This document shows, piece by piece, positions 17,821-27,834 of a stretch of 50,907 bases of DNA. Below the pieces are notes generated by a model. It made no database searches. It saw only the letters and a program-made list of their open reading frames with translations, and had not been told where the DNA came from. The first letter of the stretch is position 1. Each line of letters starts with the position of its first letter. Source of the DNA: Chloroflexota bacterium (GTDB taxonomy: Bacteria > Chloroflexota > Limnocylindria > P2-11E); contig JANNHF010000141.1 in NCBI GenBank assembly GCA_031404235.1, positions 1 through 50,907 of the forward strand, written 5' to 3'. The position numbers and the translations under genes were made by a program.

Positions 17821-18606
17821 CTAGGGGGACGCGTCCACGTCCGTTGAGAATGCCTTCCCGTCGGCGGTGACGAAGAACGCGAGGAACTTCGCGGGCGTCG
17901 TGCCCTTGTTCCAGACCTGAAGCGCCGTGTCGGCTTGGACCATTGCTCCTTCGCCCTTCTTGAGCGTCCGCACCGCGGCGCCCTGAACACGGATGTCGAC
18001 GCTGCCGTCGAGCACGACGATCGACTCGAGCCCGCCGTGTTTGTGCGCGGCGGTCCGTCCGTTCGGCTGCACGGTCACGGCGCGCAGACCCAAGGTGTAT
18101 GCGCCGTCAGGGAGCGCGGGGAGGTCCGGCGTTGCGAACACTTCCTTCTGCCCGGGGAACGTCGGCGCCGCGGTGCGGCCCGTGTTCGGACGGATGCCGA
18201 TGAAGTACCAGAGGTTCCCCGTCGTGCCCGGATTGCTGTGCGTGTGGCCCGCGTCGGCAGGCACGAACGCGGCCTCGGTCGGCTTCATGTCTTTGGTCTC
18301 GCCGCCGACGACCGCGAGCCGGGTCGTTCCCTCGATGCCGTACACGAAGCCGGCGATGTGCGCGTGCGCGAGGACCCCCGCCGCGGGCTGGGGGATCTCG
18401 AGGTAATTGACGTACAACGTGCCCTTCGGCAGCGCGGCGATCTTGCCGTCGCCCAGACTTACGGTCACAGCGCCCTCGGCCTTCGCGGTCGCGACGGCGG
18501 CAGCGGTGCTCGTGGCTGTCGGTGTGGGCGCTGCGGTGCCGCCACCACAACCGGCGAACACGATCGTCGCTGCGGCGACAACTGCAAGGAAGGGGGCTGG
18601 TCTCAT
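17821..18606 (-). CDS. Secreted bicupin lipoprotein
   Basis: Lipobox FAGC, Thr/Ala linker, two cupin motifs (HAH...HTH; HKH..LE). Confidence 0.8.
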   Translation of the reverse strand: MRPAPFLAVVAAATIVFAGCGGGTAAPTPTATSTAAAVATAKAEGAVTVSLGDGKIAALPKGTLYVNYLEIPQPAAGVLAHAHIAGFVYGIEGTTRLAVVGGETKDMKPTEAAFVPADAGHTHSNPGTTGNLWYFIGIRPNTGRTAAPTFPGQKEVFATPDLPALPDGAYTLGLRAVTVQPNGRTAAHKHGGLESIVVLDGSVDIRVQGAAVRTLKKGEGAMVQADTALQVWNKGTTPAKFLAFFVTADGKAFSTDVDASP

Positions 18607-18667
18607 TTGGGGGAACTCCTCTTATCGCGCGGGCCGCTCGTCGCATAGTACGCGAACGCCAGCCACA

Positions 18668-19528
18668 TCAGAGCTCTTTCCGCGAGAAGCTCCACACCGC
18701 GAGCGCGAGCACGCCGGCGATCCAAATGACGCACCACGCCACGTATGCGGCCGGTGGCGGATCCGCTGCGAAGAACGGGTTCGCGGCCGCGGCGGGACCG
18801 GACGCGCGCGCGACGGCGATGAGCGATGCCGGCTCCAGGCTCCATACCGCGCCCCGCCACAGGCCGTCGGTCGGCAGGATGAGCTTCGAGGCGGTCCCGA
18901 CGTGCGTGAGTGTCGCGTTCTCGAACACCAGCCCGACGCCACCGACGATGCCGCCCATCCACGCGAGTCCCCACAGGATGAGTCCGCTCACGCCGCCGAC
19001 CATGCCGGCGAACCGCGTGGAGAGGACGAGCGACAGCGTGAGGAGAACGATCGCCTCGCCGACCACGAAGGCGAGGAACTCGAGCGGATGCGGTGGGGAA
19101 TAGCCAACGACCCACTGCACGAGCAGCATCTGCACGACTGCAGCGGGAATCGCGTAGATGAGCACGGTCGCGACGAGACCGAGCCATTTGCCCACGACGT
19201 ACTCGAGGCGCGTGATCGGGCGCGCGAGCATCGCGAGCGTGATCCCGGACTCTACCTCGGCGGAAATGGCTGGCGACGCCGCGAACACGGCCGAGAACGC
19301 GAGCACGAAGCTGAACATGAACATCACGAGGATCAGCAGCTGCGAGGAGATCGCGGCGATCTCCGTCGTGGTGATCGGGCGTCCGCGATCGCCACCGAGG
19401 CTCGGGATCCGCGAGAACCCCCACGTCGTGAGCGCGATGACCACGATCGTGAGGAACAGGAGCACCAGGAAGAGGCGGCGGCGCAGCAGCTCCTGCAGCT
19501 GAAGCCGGGCGATCGTGAGCGCGAGCAT
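18668..19528 (-). CDS. ABC-2-type permease
   Basis: About 6 TM helices; AISAEVESG..LARPITR...GKWLG. Confidence 0.9.
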   Translation of the reverse strand: MLALTIARLQLQELLRRRLFLVLLFLTIVVIALTTWGFSRIPSLGGDRGRPITTTEIAAISSQLLILVMFMFSFVLAFSAVFAASPAISAEVESGITLAMLARPITRLEYVVGKWLGLVATVLIYAIPAAVVQMLLVQWVVGYSPPHPLEFLAFVVGEAIVLLTLSLVLSTRFAGMVGGVSGLILWGLAWMGGIVGGVGLVFENATLTHVGTASKLILPTDGLWRGAVWSLEPASLIAVARASGPAAAANPFFAADPPPAAYVAWCVIWIAGVLALAVWSFSRKEL

Positions 19529-20436
19529 CAGTTCGGCTGACCGAGAAGACGCAGGAAGCGGTCCTCGAGCGACTCATGCCGCGGCTCGACCGCGTACACG
19601 CGGCCACCGAGCCGCACGATCTGCGCGACGAGCTCGGGTACGCGCTCGGCATCGATCCCGCGCACGATCAGCCAATCGCCCTCGTCGTCGAGCTGGCCGT
19701 ACCCAGCGAGGCCCGTCCTGGCCGCGCGATCGAGCCCGGTCGCGCGTATCCGGACCGTGTCGCCGCCCAGGAGCTCGTCGAGCGTGCCTTCCGCGACCAC
19801 GCGGCCGCGATCGACGATGGCGACGCGGTGGCAGACCTGCTCGACTTCGCTGAGCAGGTGCGAGTTGAGGAAGACGGTCGTGCCACGCTCCCCGAGCGTG
19901 CGGATGATCTCGCGCACGTCGTGACGGCCGACCGGATCGAGCGCGCTCGTGGGCTCGTCCAGGACGACGAGGTCCGGAGCCCCGAGGAGCGCGACGCCGA
20001 GCCCGAGCCGCTGCTGCATCCCTTTTGAGAACGTGCCGACACGGCCCGATCCGCGGTCGGAGAGCCCGACGATCGCGAGCGCGTCCGCGATCTCGCGCTG
20101 CCAGGCGCTGCGGTCGATGCCCGCGAGCTCGCAGTGCAGCGCGAGCACCTCGCGCGCGGTGAGCCAGGACTGATAGCGAAAGAGCTCAGGCAGGTAACCG
20201 ACCCGGCGCAGGGCGTCGCGATCGCCGATCGCCGCGCCGAGGACCTCGGCGTGACCCGATGTCGGCGGCGTGAGGCCGAGGAGCAGCTTCACCGCCGTCG
20301 TCTTGCCCGCGCCGTTCGGTCCGAGGAACCCGAAGATGTCGCCGCGCGGGATGGTCATCGTCAGTCCTGCGAGCGCGGTGATGCTCCCGTACCGCTTGGC
20401 AAGGTCCGCCGTGCGTATCGCGGGCGCGTCGATCAA
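19528..20436 (-). CDS. ABC exporter ATPase
   Basis: GPNGAGKTT, FSKGMQQR, LDEPTSALD, NSH. Confidence 0.95.
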   Translation of the reverse strand: MIDAPAIRTADLAKRYGSITALAGLTMTIPRGDIFGFLGPNGAGKTTAVKLLLGLTPPTSGHAEVLGAAIGDRDALRRVGYLPELFRYQSWLTAREVLALHCELAGIDRSAWQREIADALAIVGLSDRGSGRVGTFSKGMQQRLGLGVALLGAPDLVVLDEPTSALDPVGRHDVREIIRTLGERGTTVFLNSHLLSEVEQVCHRVAIVDRGRVVAEGTLDELLGGDTVRIRATGLDRAARTGLAGYGQLDDEGDWLIVRGIDAERVPELVAQIVRLGGRVYAVEPRHESLEDRFLRLLGQPN

Positions 20437-21437
20437 TGGAGCGAGTTTGCCACCGCCAGGACCTGCTGTTCCGTCAGGGTGCCGGCCACGCCGTACACGA
20501 TGCCGTCCTTCTGCCAGATCACCCCGCTGCCGAGGCCGGTCGAGTCGCCGACGAAGATGCCCTCTACGCCCTGCACCGTGACCTTCTTCGACGTCGCCAT
20601 GTCCACCGGGATCGGTATCGGTAGCGTGCTCGACGGATCCTTGATCGCGCGGATCTGCGCCGCGAGCTGCGGCGAGATGCCGGGCTGCGCGAGGAGATAG
20701 CTCTGCAGTTGCTCGACGGTCACGCCGTCGGACTGCACGACCGGCGGTCTGCCCTGCGCGACGATGAGCTTCGGCATCCCGGTGAATGGGCTGGCGCCAG
20801 TGGCACCCGTCGCGCCGGTCGGCCGCGCGCCGTCGTCGTAGAACGTGACGACCGCGGGTCCGCCGGTGATGAAGAGCTTGCTGCCATCGATGTTCGCGGG
20901 CATCGGCGGCGGTGTGCGCTTCTGCGCTGCCGCGGCCTGCCTCGTCTTGTCGGCGCTGAAGGTGAAGGTCGCGGTCGTCTTCGGCATGACGCCGTAACGC
21001 GGTGCACCGACGCCCGCGGGGAGGTTGCCCGGGATCAGCACGGTCATGCCGCTGTCCCGCGCCGCGGTGCGGAGATCGGGAACGTCATACGGTTTCGGCT
21101 GCTCGGTCCAGGTCAGCGTCCCGTAGGCCTCGAAGCTCGGGGCGCCGCTGAGATCGGTGGTCGTTATCGGCACCGCGACGAGCTGCCTCGGCTCGAAGAT
21201 GGTGAGGATCGTCTCCGCTAGGCCGCTCACTGTGAGCAGCGTGGCGACGAGCACGACCGTCGCCGCCGCCGCGAGCCCCCGGAGCCAGATGTTCACCACG
21301 AAGGGACGTGGGGTCGACGTGCCGTGACCTACCGGCGCGATGCGCTCGGCTTCGACGCGTGCGCGCAGTCGCGCGAGCGCGCGCTCCGTATCCACCTTGG
21401 GCTCCGGCCCCGAAAGCATGTCCTCTATGTCACTCAT
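20433..21437 (-). CDS. Putative anti-sigma factor (single TM, extracytoplasmic domain)
   Basis: Overlaps ECF stop; short cytoplasmic part, one TM, C-terminal WQKDGIVYGVAG..L.VANSL. Confidence 0.7.
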   Translation of the reverse strand: MSDIEDMLSGPEPKVDTERALARLRARVEAERIAPVGHGTSTPRPFVVNIWLRGLAAAATVVLVATLLTVSGLAETILTIFEPRQLVAVPITTTDLSGAPSFEAYGTLTWTEQPKPYDVPDLRTAARDSGMTVLIPGNLPAGVGAPRYGVMPKTTATFTFSADKTRQAAAAQKRTPPPMPANIDGSKLFITGGPAVVTFYDDGARPTGATGATGASPFTGMPKLIVAQGRPPVVQSDGVTVEQLQSYLLAQPGISPQLAAQIRAIKDPSSTLPIPIPVDMATSKKVTVQGVEGIFVGDSTGLGSGVIWQKDGIVYGVAGTLTEQQVLAVANSLH

Positions 21438-21964
21438 TTCGCGATCTCCTTCCGAAACGCGTCTTCCGCCCGGCGGAGCAGCGTTCCGATGCTGGATAGC
21501 CGAAGCCCGAGCGCAGCGGCGATCTCCTCGTAGCTGAGTCCGCCGTAGCGAAGCGCGAGAAGCGCGGCGCTACGTTCCGGCAGGCGCGCGAGCGCCGCGC
21601 GGACCTCGGATCTCGTCTCGGCCGTCTCGGCGGCCTGAGCGGGATCCGGCGCCTGAGCGTCGCGGCGGAGCGCCTCGACCGCGTCCCGCTTTCCACGTCG
21701 CTCGCGCGAGCGGAGGACATTGAGCGCGGTGTGCGCGGCCGCGGCGCAGAGCCAGGGAGCGGCGTAGCTCGCGTCAGCCGGGTGCCTTCGATAGAACGAG
21801 ACGAATACGTCCTGCGCGACATCCTCGGCCTCGTCGCTGTCTGCCACGACGCGGTGAGCGATAGCGACCACCCGTGGGTACTCCCTCCGGAAAAGCTCTT
21901 CGAAGGCTGGCGGCATGCCTCGCCCCGGGACGGTCCCCAGGCGCAGACGCTCCGCCACTTCCAT
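21434..21964 (-). CDS. ECF sigma factor
   Basis: FEELFRREY, AEDVAQDVF, GLSYEEIA, SIGTLLRRA; ATG at 21964 behind GAAGGA. Confidence 0.92.
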   Translation of the reverse strand: MEVAERLRLGTVPGRGMPPAFEELFRREYPRVVAIAHRVVADSDEAEDVAQDVFVSFYRRHPADASYAAPWLCAAAAHTALNVLRSRERRGKRDAVEALRRDAQAPDPAQAAETAETRSEVRAALARLPERSAALLALRYGGLSYEEIAAALGLRLSSIGTLLRRAEDAFRKEIAK

Positions 21965-21988
21965 GTCTTCCTTCAAAGCACCGCCAAG

Positions 21989-22021
21989 CCGCCGAATGTG
22001 ACGGTCACCGCCGATTGTCAC
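21989..22021 (-). promoter_or_regulatory. 14-bp imperfect direct repeat upstream of the ECF gene
   Basis: GTGACAATCGGCGG and GTCACATTCGGCGG, period 19 bp. Confidence 0.45.
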
Positions 22022-22042
22022 CCACTGGCCTGGCGCCGAGTC

Positions 22043-22387
22043 TTAGCGGACGATCACCAGGGCGCGCGCCCTGCCCTGCACGGGATACGACATCGCCACC
22101 GGTCCGTCGAACCAGACCTCGACCGTCAGGCCGGGAACGATCTCGCGGATCGCCGCGGCGACCTCACCGCCCTGAGCACGCCGCGTGATGCGCGTCGCGC
22201 TCGTCACGGCGACGGACGCTTTGGCGCCGCTCGAAGGCGTCGACGGGTCCGACTCGACGAGCACGGTCAGTCCGTCGGCGCGCCCGCTGACGCTCGTCAC
22301 GATGCCGGCGATGTCGGCGGCGCCGCTCGGCGCACTTCCGCAGCCGGAAGCGACCAGGAACACGAGTGCGAGGAGCGTCGGGCGCAT
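22043..22387 (-). CDS. DUF3221/YobA-like OB-fold lipoprotein
   Basis: Lipobox ASGC; V.VWFDGPVA.SYPVQG motif. Confidence 0.75.
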   Translation of the reverse strand: MRPTLLALVFLVASGCGSAPSGAADIAGIVTSVSGRADGLTVLVESDPSTPSSGAKASVAVTSATRITRRAQGGEVAAAIREIVPGLTVEVWFDGPVAMSYPVQGRARALVIVR

Positions 22388-22395
22388 GCCCAAAG

Positions 22396-22421
22396 GACGA
22401 CCGGGCTGGCCTACCGGTTCC
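22396..22421 (-). promoter_or_regulatory. ECF-type promoter GGAACC-N16-CGTC
   Basis: Ends 8 nt before the lipoprotein ATG. Confidence 0.5.
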
Positions 22422-22442
22422 ATGGCGTGCCACGCTACAGCG

Positions 22443-22910
22443 GTGCTCATCCGCGAACAGCCGGCGACCGAGCTGACCGTCGCCACCCGGATCCTCGCTC
22501 GCGCGGACGCTCTGGCACCGGAGGGTCGCATCACGGTGCGCCTGAATGAGGTCCTCTATGTCGGGGGCCGCGGCGTCTCGAACCACACCATGACGCCGTA
22601 CGACGTCGCTTCGATCCTCGTCGTTGACGGTTCGCCCCTTCTCGGCGAACCGCCGGACGATGCGGCTGACTACCTCGCGGCGCATCGAGCCGAGCGGGAG
22701 GCCGGGAGCGTCGGACGCGGCGTGGACGGTGTCATCGTGACGGCTTCATCGCTCCGCGCATGCGCGGTCGCGTTGCTCGCGCGCCGCAGCGGCGAACCGT
22801 GGCCGCATGGTGCGAGCCTCGAGCGGGTGTGGGAAGAGCTCGTCGCCCAGGCGCGCGTCGCAGGCGCGCTCATCGGCGCGTTCCCGACCGAGGATGCGAC
22901 GCTCGGCTGA
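22443..22910 (+). CDS. Degenerate class II aldolase-like protein
   Basis: EGRITVRL..LYV..RG....MTPYDV...DG.PL.GEPP resembles the aldolase_II N-terminus; Zn-binding HxH absent. Confidence 0.5.
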   Translation: MLIREQPATELTVATRILARADALAPEGRITVRLNEVLYVGGRGVSNHTMTPYDVASILVVDGSPLLGEPPDDAADYLAAHRAEREAGSVGRGVDGVIVTASSLRACAVALLARRSGEPWPHGASLERVWEELVAQARVAGALIGAFPTEDATLG

Positions 22911-22925
22911 CGGCGGGCGCGGGGT

Positions 22926-22948
22926 GCTCGGTCGCCGGGCGACCGAGC
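22926..22948. repeat. Perfect GC-rich intergenic hairpin
   Basis: GCTCGGTCGC-CGG-GCGACCGAGC. Confidence 0.6.
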
Positions 22949-22987
22949 GCGCTCCGGTGTGGCGTCGGATGTGCAGTCGAGAGTCGC

Positions 22988-23263
22988 GTGGACTGGATCG
23001 GAGCCATCTTGGAGCGCATCCGCACGATGGAGTGCCCATCCTGTGGCGCGCGACTCGCCGGCTGTGCGGTACATGGGATCACCCCAGAGCCGCAGGCGCT
23101 GGTCGTGAAGCTCGCGTGCAGCGTGTGCGGCGAGTCGAGCGTCGCCGTCGTCGAGCGCGATGACGAGAAGACGCCGGCCTTCACAAAGGACGACGTTCTG
23201 GACGCGCATGACTTCCTCCAGACATGGCACGGTCCGGTCGCCCAGCTCATCAACAGCGCGTAA
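22988..23263 (+). CDS. Small zinc-ribbon protein
   Basis: CPSC...CSVC; C-terminal FTKDDVLDAHDFL..W.G. Confidence 0.7.
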   Translation: MDWIGAILERIRTMECPSCGARLAGCAVHGITPEPQALVVKLACSVCGESSVAVVERDDEKTPAFTKDDVLDAHDFLQTWHGPVAQLINSA

Positions 23264-23275
23264 AAGGAGATAGCC

Positions 23276-23749
23276 ATGGCGAAAATCGAGAAGAACATCG
23301 TCGTCGATGTCCCGGTCAGCGTTGCGTACGACCAGTGGACCCAGTTCGAGTCCTTCCCCGAGTTCATGGAGGGCGTGAAGGAAGTCGTCCAGCTCGATGA
23401 GAAGCGGCTCCGTTGGAGCGCCGAGATCGCCGGCAAGGACGAGGAGTGGGACGCTGAGATCACCGACCAGGTCCGCGACCGTCACATCGCATGGCGCAGC
23501 GTCACCGGCGCGATGAACGCGGGGTCCGTGATCTTCCAGCCCGGCGGCGACGGTCAGACCAAGGTCGTGCTCGAGCTCACCTACGAGCCGCGCGACGCGG
23601 TCGAGAAGGTCGGCGACGCCCTCGGCTTCTTGGAGCGCCGCGTCAGCGGCGACCTCGATCGCTTCAAGCGCTTCGTCGAATCGCGCGGCACGCCGACCGG
23701 CGCGTGGCGCGGCGAGATCCACGGCGGCCAGGTCGACAAGGCGAACTAG
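23276..23749 (+). CDS. SRPBCC/polyketide cyclase-family protein
   Basis: AYDQWTQFESFPEFM, IAWRS, DLDRFKRFVE, GAWRG; AAGGAG RBS. Confidence 0.93.
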   Translation: MAKIEKNIVVDVPVSVAYDQWTQFESFPEFMEGVKEVVQLDEKRLRWSAEIAGKDEEWDAEITDQVRDRHIAWRSVTGAMNAGSVIFQPGGDGQTKVVLELTYEPRDAVEKVGDALGFLERRVSGDLDRFKRFVESRGTPTGAWRGEIHGGQVDKAN

Positions 23750-23754
23750 GAACA

Positions 23755-23802
23755 CGCGGAGCGGCGGTCGCTAGGTCCTCAGGCAGCGATCGCCGCTTCG
23801 CG
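23755..23802 (+). terminator. 18-bp stem hairpin (terminator or REP-like)
   Basis: CGCGGAGCGGCGGTCGCT-N12-AGCGATCGCCGCTTCGCG; both mismatches are G.U pairs on the + strand; no U-tract. Confidence 0.55.
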
Positions 23803-23840
23803 CTAGCTCGCTTGGCCGCGCTGCTATCGTGCGGCCGAGG

Positions 23841-24215
23841 GTGTTGACCGTTCTTGTTGCCGACGACTCGAACCACATGCGTGAGCTCGTGCGGATCACG
23901 CTGTCCAGCCAGGGTTGGCGTGTCGTCGAGACCGGAGACCCCGGCGCGGTGTTGGAGCTGGTGAAGACGGCCAAGCCGGACGTGGTGTTGCTTGACGTGA
24001 CGTTCGAAGGTTTCAAGCACGATGGCTTCGATGTCTGCCGCACGCTGAAGGGCGACGCCGCCACCCGCGACGTTCCCGTCGTGATGCTCAGCGCGCACGA
24101 CAAGGCCGCCGACAAAGCCGAGGGCCGGGCGGTCGGCGCTTCTGATTACCTGCTGAAGCCGTTCGGCCCGATCGAGCTCATCGACGCGATCAAGAAGGTG
24201 CTCGACCTCAAATAA
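23841..24215 (+). CDS. Stand-alone response regulator receiver
   Basis: VLVADD, VLLDV, LSA, YLLKPF. Confidence 0.92.
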   Translation: MLTVLVADDSNHMRELVRITLSSQGWRVVETGDPGAVLELVKTAKPDVVLLDVTFEGFKHDGFDVCRTLKGDAATRDVPVVMLSAHDKAADKAEGRAVGASDYLLKPFGPIELIDAIKKVLDLK

Positions 24216-24252
24216 GCCCGCTCCGGCCGCCGGTGCCATGATGCTTCCGGTC

Positions 24253-25443
24253 ATGGATCAGCGTTTCCTCGTTGCGCTCCGCGAGCAGATCGCCTCGATC
24301 CGCGACGGCGGCCTTTACAAGACGGAGCGCGTCATCAGCTCGCCGCAGGGCGCGGAGATCGCGGTCCGGCCCGACCTCGAGGTCATCAACTTCTGCGCGA
24401 ACAACTACCTCGGGCTCTCCGACGACCCAAGGGTCCTCGCGGCCGCGCACGCCGCGCTCGACCGCTGGGGCTACGGCATGTCGTCGGTCCGCTTCATCTG
24501 CGGCACGCAGGACGTCCATAAGGAGCTCGAGGACCGGATCACGCGATTTCTCGGCACCGAGGATACGATCCTGTACGGCTCCTGCTTCGACGCGAACGGC
24601 GGTCTGTTCGAAACGCTGCTCGCGGAAGAGGATGCGGTCATCAGCGACGCGCTCAACCATGCGAGCATCATCGACGGCGTCCGTCTGTCCAAGGCGAAGC
24701 GCTTCCGTTATGCGAACAACGACATGGCCGATCTCGAGCGCCAGCTGAAGGACGCGGCCTCCTGCCGTTTCAAGCTCATCGCCACCGACGGCGTGTTCTC
24801 GATGGACGGGATCGTCGCGGACCTCGGCGCGATCTGCGCTCTCGCCGAGCGCTACACAGCGCTCGTGATGGTCGACGACTCGCATGCCGTCGGGTTCATG
24901 GGCGCGCATGGCCGCGGCTCGCACGAAGCGCGCGGGGTCGTCGGGCGCGTCGATGTGCTCACCGGCACACTCGGCAAGGCGCTTGGCGGCGCGTCCGGCG
25001 GCTACACCAGCGGCCGCAGAGAGATCGTCGAGCTGCTGCGGCAGCGCAGCCGGCCGTACCTCTTCTCCAACACGCTGGCGCCCGTCATCGCCGCCACGTC
25101 GATCGCCGTCCTCGACCTCATCGAATCCGCCGGCGACCTGCGCGAGCAGCTGTTCGCGAACGCTGCGCGCTTCCGGAGGGGCATGACTGCGAACGGCTTC
25201 CGGCTCGTCCCCGGCGAGCACCCGATCGTTCCGGTGATGCTCGGCGACGCGAAGCTCGCGACGGAGGTGGCCGACCGGCTGCTCGCCGAGGGCATCTACG
25301 TCATCGCCTTCTCGTTCCCGGTCGTGCCGAAGGGTCAGGCGCGCATCCGCGTGCAGCTCTCGGCGGCGCACACGTTCGAGCATGTCGATAGCGCGGTCGC
25401 GGCGTTCGCGAAGGTCGGTCGCGCCCTCGGTGTGATCAGATGA
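24253..25443 (+). CDS. kbl: 2-amino-3-ketobutyrate CoA ligase
   Basis: [44 protein letters not shown]. Confidence 0.96.
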   Translation: MDQRFLVALREQIASIRDGGLYKTERVISSPQGAEIAVRPDLEVINFCANNYLGLSDDPRVLAAAHAALDRWGYGMSSVRFICGTQDVHKELEDRITRFLGTEDTILYGSCFDANGGLFETLLAEEDAVISDALNHASIIDGVRLSKAKRFRYANNDMADLERQLKDAASCRFKLIATDGVFSMDGIVADLGAICALAERYTALVMVDDSHAVGFMGAHGRGSHEARGVVGRVDVLTGTLGKALGGASGGYTSGRREIVELLRQRSRPYLFSNTLAPVIAATSIAVLDLIESAGDLREQLFANAARFRRGMTANGFRLVPGEHPIVPVMLGDAKLATEVADRLLAEGIYVIAFSFPVVPKGQARIRVQLSAAHTFEHVDSAVAAFAKVGRALGVIR

Positions 25444-25532
25444 CAGGTCGAGCGACGAGCGGCTTTGCTGCGAGGAGCGAGTCCACCAGCCTTGAGCGTG
25501 TCTCCTCGGCCGTAGCCGAGAGATTGAGCTGA
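25440..25532 (+). CDS. 30-aa repeat-derived mini-ORF bridging kbl and tdh
   Basis: [30 protein letters not shown]; ATGA overlap with kbl stop, TGATG overlap with tdh start. Confidence 0.5.
   Translation: MTGRATSGFAARSESTSLERVSSAVAERLS
25448..25529 (+). repeat. Structured ~82-bp repeat, copy 2
   Basis: Matches the reverse complement of 5464-5544. Confidence 0.95.
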
Positions 25533-26560
25533 TGCGCGCGCTCGTCAAAAGCCGGCCCGAGCCGGGGATCTGGCTCGAGGACGTCGCTCGTCCGACGATC
25601 GGCCCGAACGATCTGCTCGTGCGGGTCCACTACACGTCGATCTGCGGGACCGACCTCCACATCTGGAACTGGGACGCCTGGGCGCAAAAGACGATCCCCG
25701 TGCCGCTCGTCATCGGCCACGAGTTCGAGGGATCGGTCGCGGAGATCGGCAGCGAGGTAAGCGGCTTCTCGACCGGCCAGCGCGTTGCCGTGGAGGGTCA
25801 CGTGACGTGCGGCCACTGCCGGAACTGCAGGGCCGGTCGCCGTCATCTCTGCCGCAACGCGGTCGGCATCGGCGTGCAGCGGCCAGGCGCGTTCGCCGAG
25901 TACGTCGCGGTGCCAGCGGCGAACGCCTACGTTCTGCCGCCGGGGATGCCCGACGAGATCGGCGCGTGCCTCGACCCACTCGGCAACGCCGTGCACAGCG
26001 CGCTGTCGTTCGAGCTCGCCGGCGAGGACGTGCTCATCACCGGCGCCGGACCGATCGGGGTCATGGCCGCGGCCGTCTGCCAGTTCGTCGGCGCGCGCTA
26101 TGTCGTCGTGACTGACCGCAACCCCTACCGCCTCGCGCTCGCACGCCGGCTGGGAGCGACGCTGGCGGTCGACTACACGGCGACGACGCTTGATGCGGTG
26201 ATGAAAGAGCTGGGGATGCTCGAGGGATTCGATGTCGGGCTCGAGATGTCCGGCAGTCCTGACGCTCTCCGTTCGATGCTCGCCTTCATGAACCACGGCG
26301 GTCGCGTCGCGTTGCTCGGCATCCCGGACAGGGAGATCCCGATCGACTGGAACCAGGTCATCTTCCGCGGACTGACGCTGAAGGGCATCTACGGGCGCGA
26401 GATGTTCGAGACGTGGTACCGCATGGGCTCGATGCTGCAGAGCGGCCTCGACATCACCGCGGTGATCACGCACCGTTTCCCAGCAAAGGAATTCGCCCAG
26501 GCGTTCGAGGTCGTGCGCTCGGGACAGTGCGGCAAGGTCGTGCTTGATTGGACCGCCTGA
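25532..26560 (+). CDS. tdh: L-threonine 3-dehydrogenase
   Basis: [19 protein letters not shown]...[20 protein letters not shown]. Confidence 0.96.
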   Translation: MRALVKSRPEPGIWLEDVARPTIGPNDLLVRVHYTSICGTDLHIWNWDAWAQKTIPVPLVIGHEFEGSVAEIGSEVSGFSTGQRVAVEGHVTCGHCRNCRAGRRHLCRNAVGIGVQRPGAFAEYVAVPAANAYVLPPGMPDEIGACLDPLGNAVHSALSFELAGEDVLITGAGPIGVMAAAVCQFVGARYVVVTDRNPYRLALARRLGATLAVDYTATTLDAVMKELGMLEGFDVGLEMSGSPDALRSMLAFMNHGGRVALLGIPDREIPIDWNQVIFRGLTLKGIYGREMFETWYRMGSMLQSGLDITAVITHRFPAKEFAQAFEVVRSGQCGKVVLDWTA

Positions 26561-26600
26561 GGCGCGTCGCAGAGCGGAAGCGTCTCCGAGCGCAGCGAGC
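26559..26600 (+). repeat. Hairpin plus GAGCGCAGCGAGC motif (REP-like)
   Basis: GAGGCGC...GCGTCTC stem (26559-26586) followed by CGAGCGCAGCGAGC. Confidence 0.5.
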
Positions 26601-26658
26601 CGAGTACGCCGAGCGCCGACCGAGCTGACCCGCCCAGCACGCCTACCATCGTCCGGCC

Positions 26659-27834
26659 ATGACCCGTGTCGTCCTCCACGACGCCGCGCTCGCCGATGGG
26701 ACCTCCGGCTCGCTCCGTACCGGCGTCAGCCTGGCGATCGAGAACGGGCAGATCGCCTGGATCCGGCCCAACGACTCCGCGGACACGACTGGCGCGGTGG
26801 TCGTCGACGCCGGTGGCGCAACGATCGTTCCCGCGATGGTCGACTGTCACAGCCACCTCACGATGCAGGGCGGCAGCCACTGGATCGTGCGCGGCGACGA
26901 TCCTGCCGCCGTGCTGCAGGAGGTCGCGCGCGACAACGCGAGGCGCCTCGCGCATGCCGGGATCCTATGGGCGCGCGACGTCGGCGCACCGCTGAGCGAG
27001 GGGAGGCCGCTGTCGATCGGCGTGCGCGACGAGCTCAAGGGCAAGCCAGGCGCGCCGTACATACGTGTGGCCGGAACGTGGATCGGGAGGACGGGCTATC
27101 CCGCGATGTGGGTCACGGTCGACGGCCCGCAGCTGAAGGACGCGGCACTCGCCCAGCTCGATCTCGGCACCGATCTCGTCAAGCTGTACATGGACGCGCC
27201 CGGCGGCGTGAAGGACGCGCCGTTCGCCCTCGCTGACGTTCGCGAGATGGTCTCCGCGGTGCATGCGCGCGGCGCGCGTGTCGCCGCGCACTCCGGCTAT
27301 CTCGCCGGAGCTCGGGTTGCCGCGGAAGCCGGCGTCGATTCGATCGAACACGGGATGGAGCTCGATGACGACACCTGCCGCACCATGAAGCGCAACGGCG
27401 TGACGCTCGTCTCGACGCTGTCCGTGTTCGCCTCATGGGAGACGTTCGCTCGCACGACCACCATCGACCGCTTCACCGCGCCGGAAGGCCGCGAGCGCAT
27501 CGCGAAGCGCAAGGAAGGCGCCTATGCGTCGATCGCGGCGGCCAAGCGCGCCGGCGTCGTCATCGCGACCGGCTCCGACTTCGGCGGCGGCTCGGTGCGT
27601 GCCGGTCATCTCGCCTGGGAGGTAGAGCTGCTCGTAGAGGCGGGGCTCGAGCCGCATGAGGCGCTCGCGGCGGCGACGCGCAACGGCGGCGCGCTGTACG
27701 GCGTCGAGCACGCTGGACATCTCGACGAAGGCCAGCCGGCCGATCTCGTGCTCGTGCACGGCGATCCGCTCTCCGACCCCCGCGCGCTGTGGCGCGTGTG
27801 GGCGGTGTACCAGCGTGGCGAGCGGGTCGCCTGA
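26659..27834 (+). CDS. Metal-dependent amidohydrolase
   Basis: PAMVDCHSH, VKLY, AAH, SIEHG, GSD. Confidence 0.9.
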   Translation: MTRVVLHDAALADGTSGSLRTGVSLAIENGQIAWIRPNDSADTTGAVVVDAGGATIVPAMVDCHSHLTMQGGSHWIVRGDDPAAVLQEVARDNARRLAHAGILWARDVGAPLSEGRPLSIGVRDELKGKPGAPYIRVAGTWIGRTGYPAMWVTVDGPQLKDAALAQLDLGTDLVKLYMDAPGGVKDAPFALADVREMVSAVHARGARVAAHSGYLAGARVAAEAGVDSIEHGMELDDDTCRTMKRNGVTLVSTLSVFASWETFARTTTIDRFTAPEGRERIAKRKEGAYASIAAAKRAGVVIATGSDFGGGSVRAGHLAWEVELLVEAGLEPHEALAAATRNGGALYGVEHAGHLDEGQPADLVLVHGDPLSDPRALWRVWAVYQRGERVA

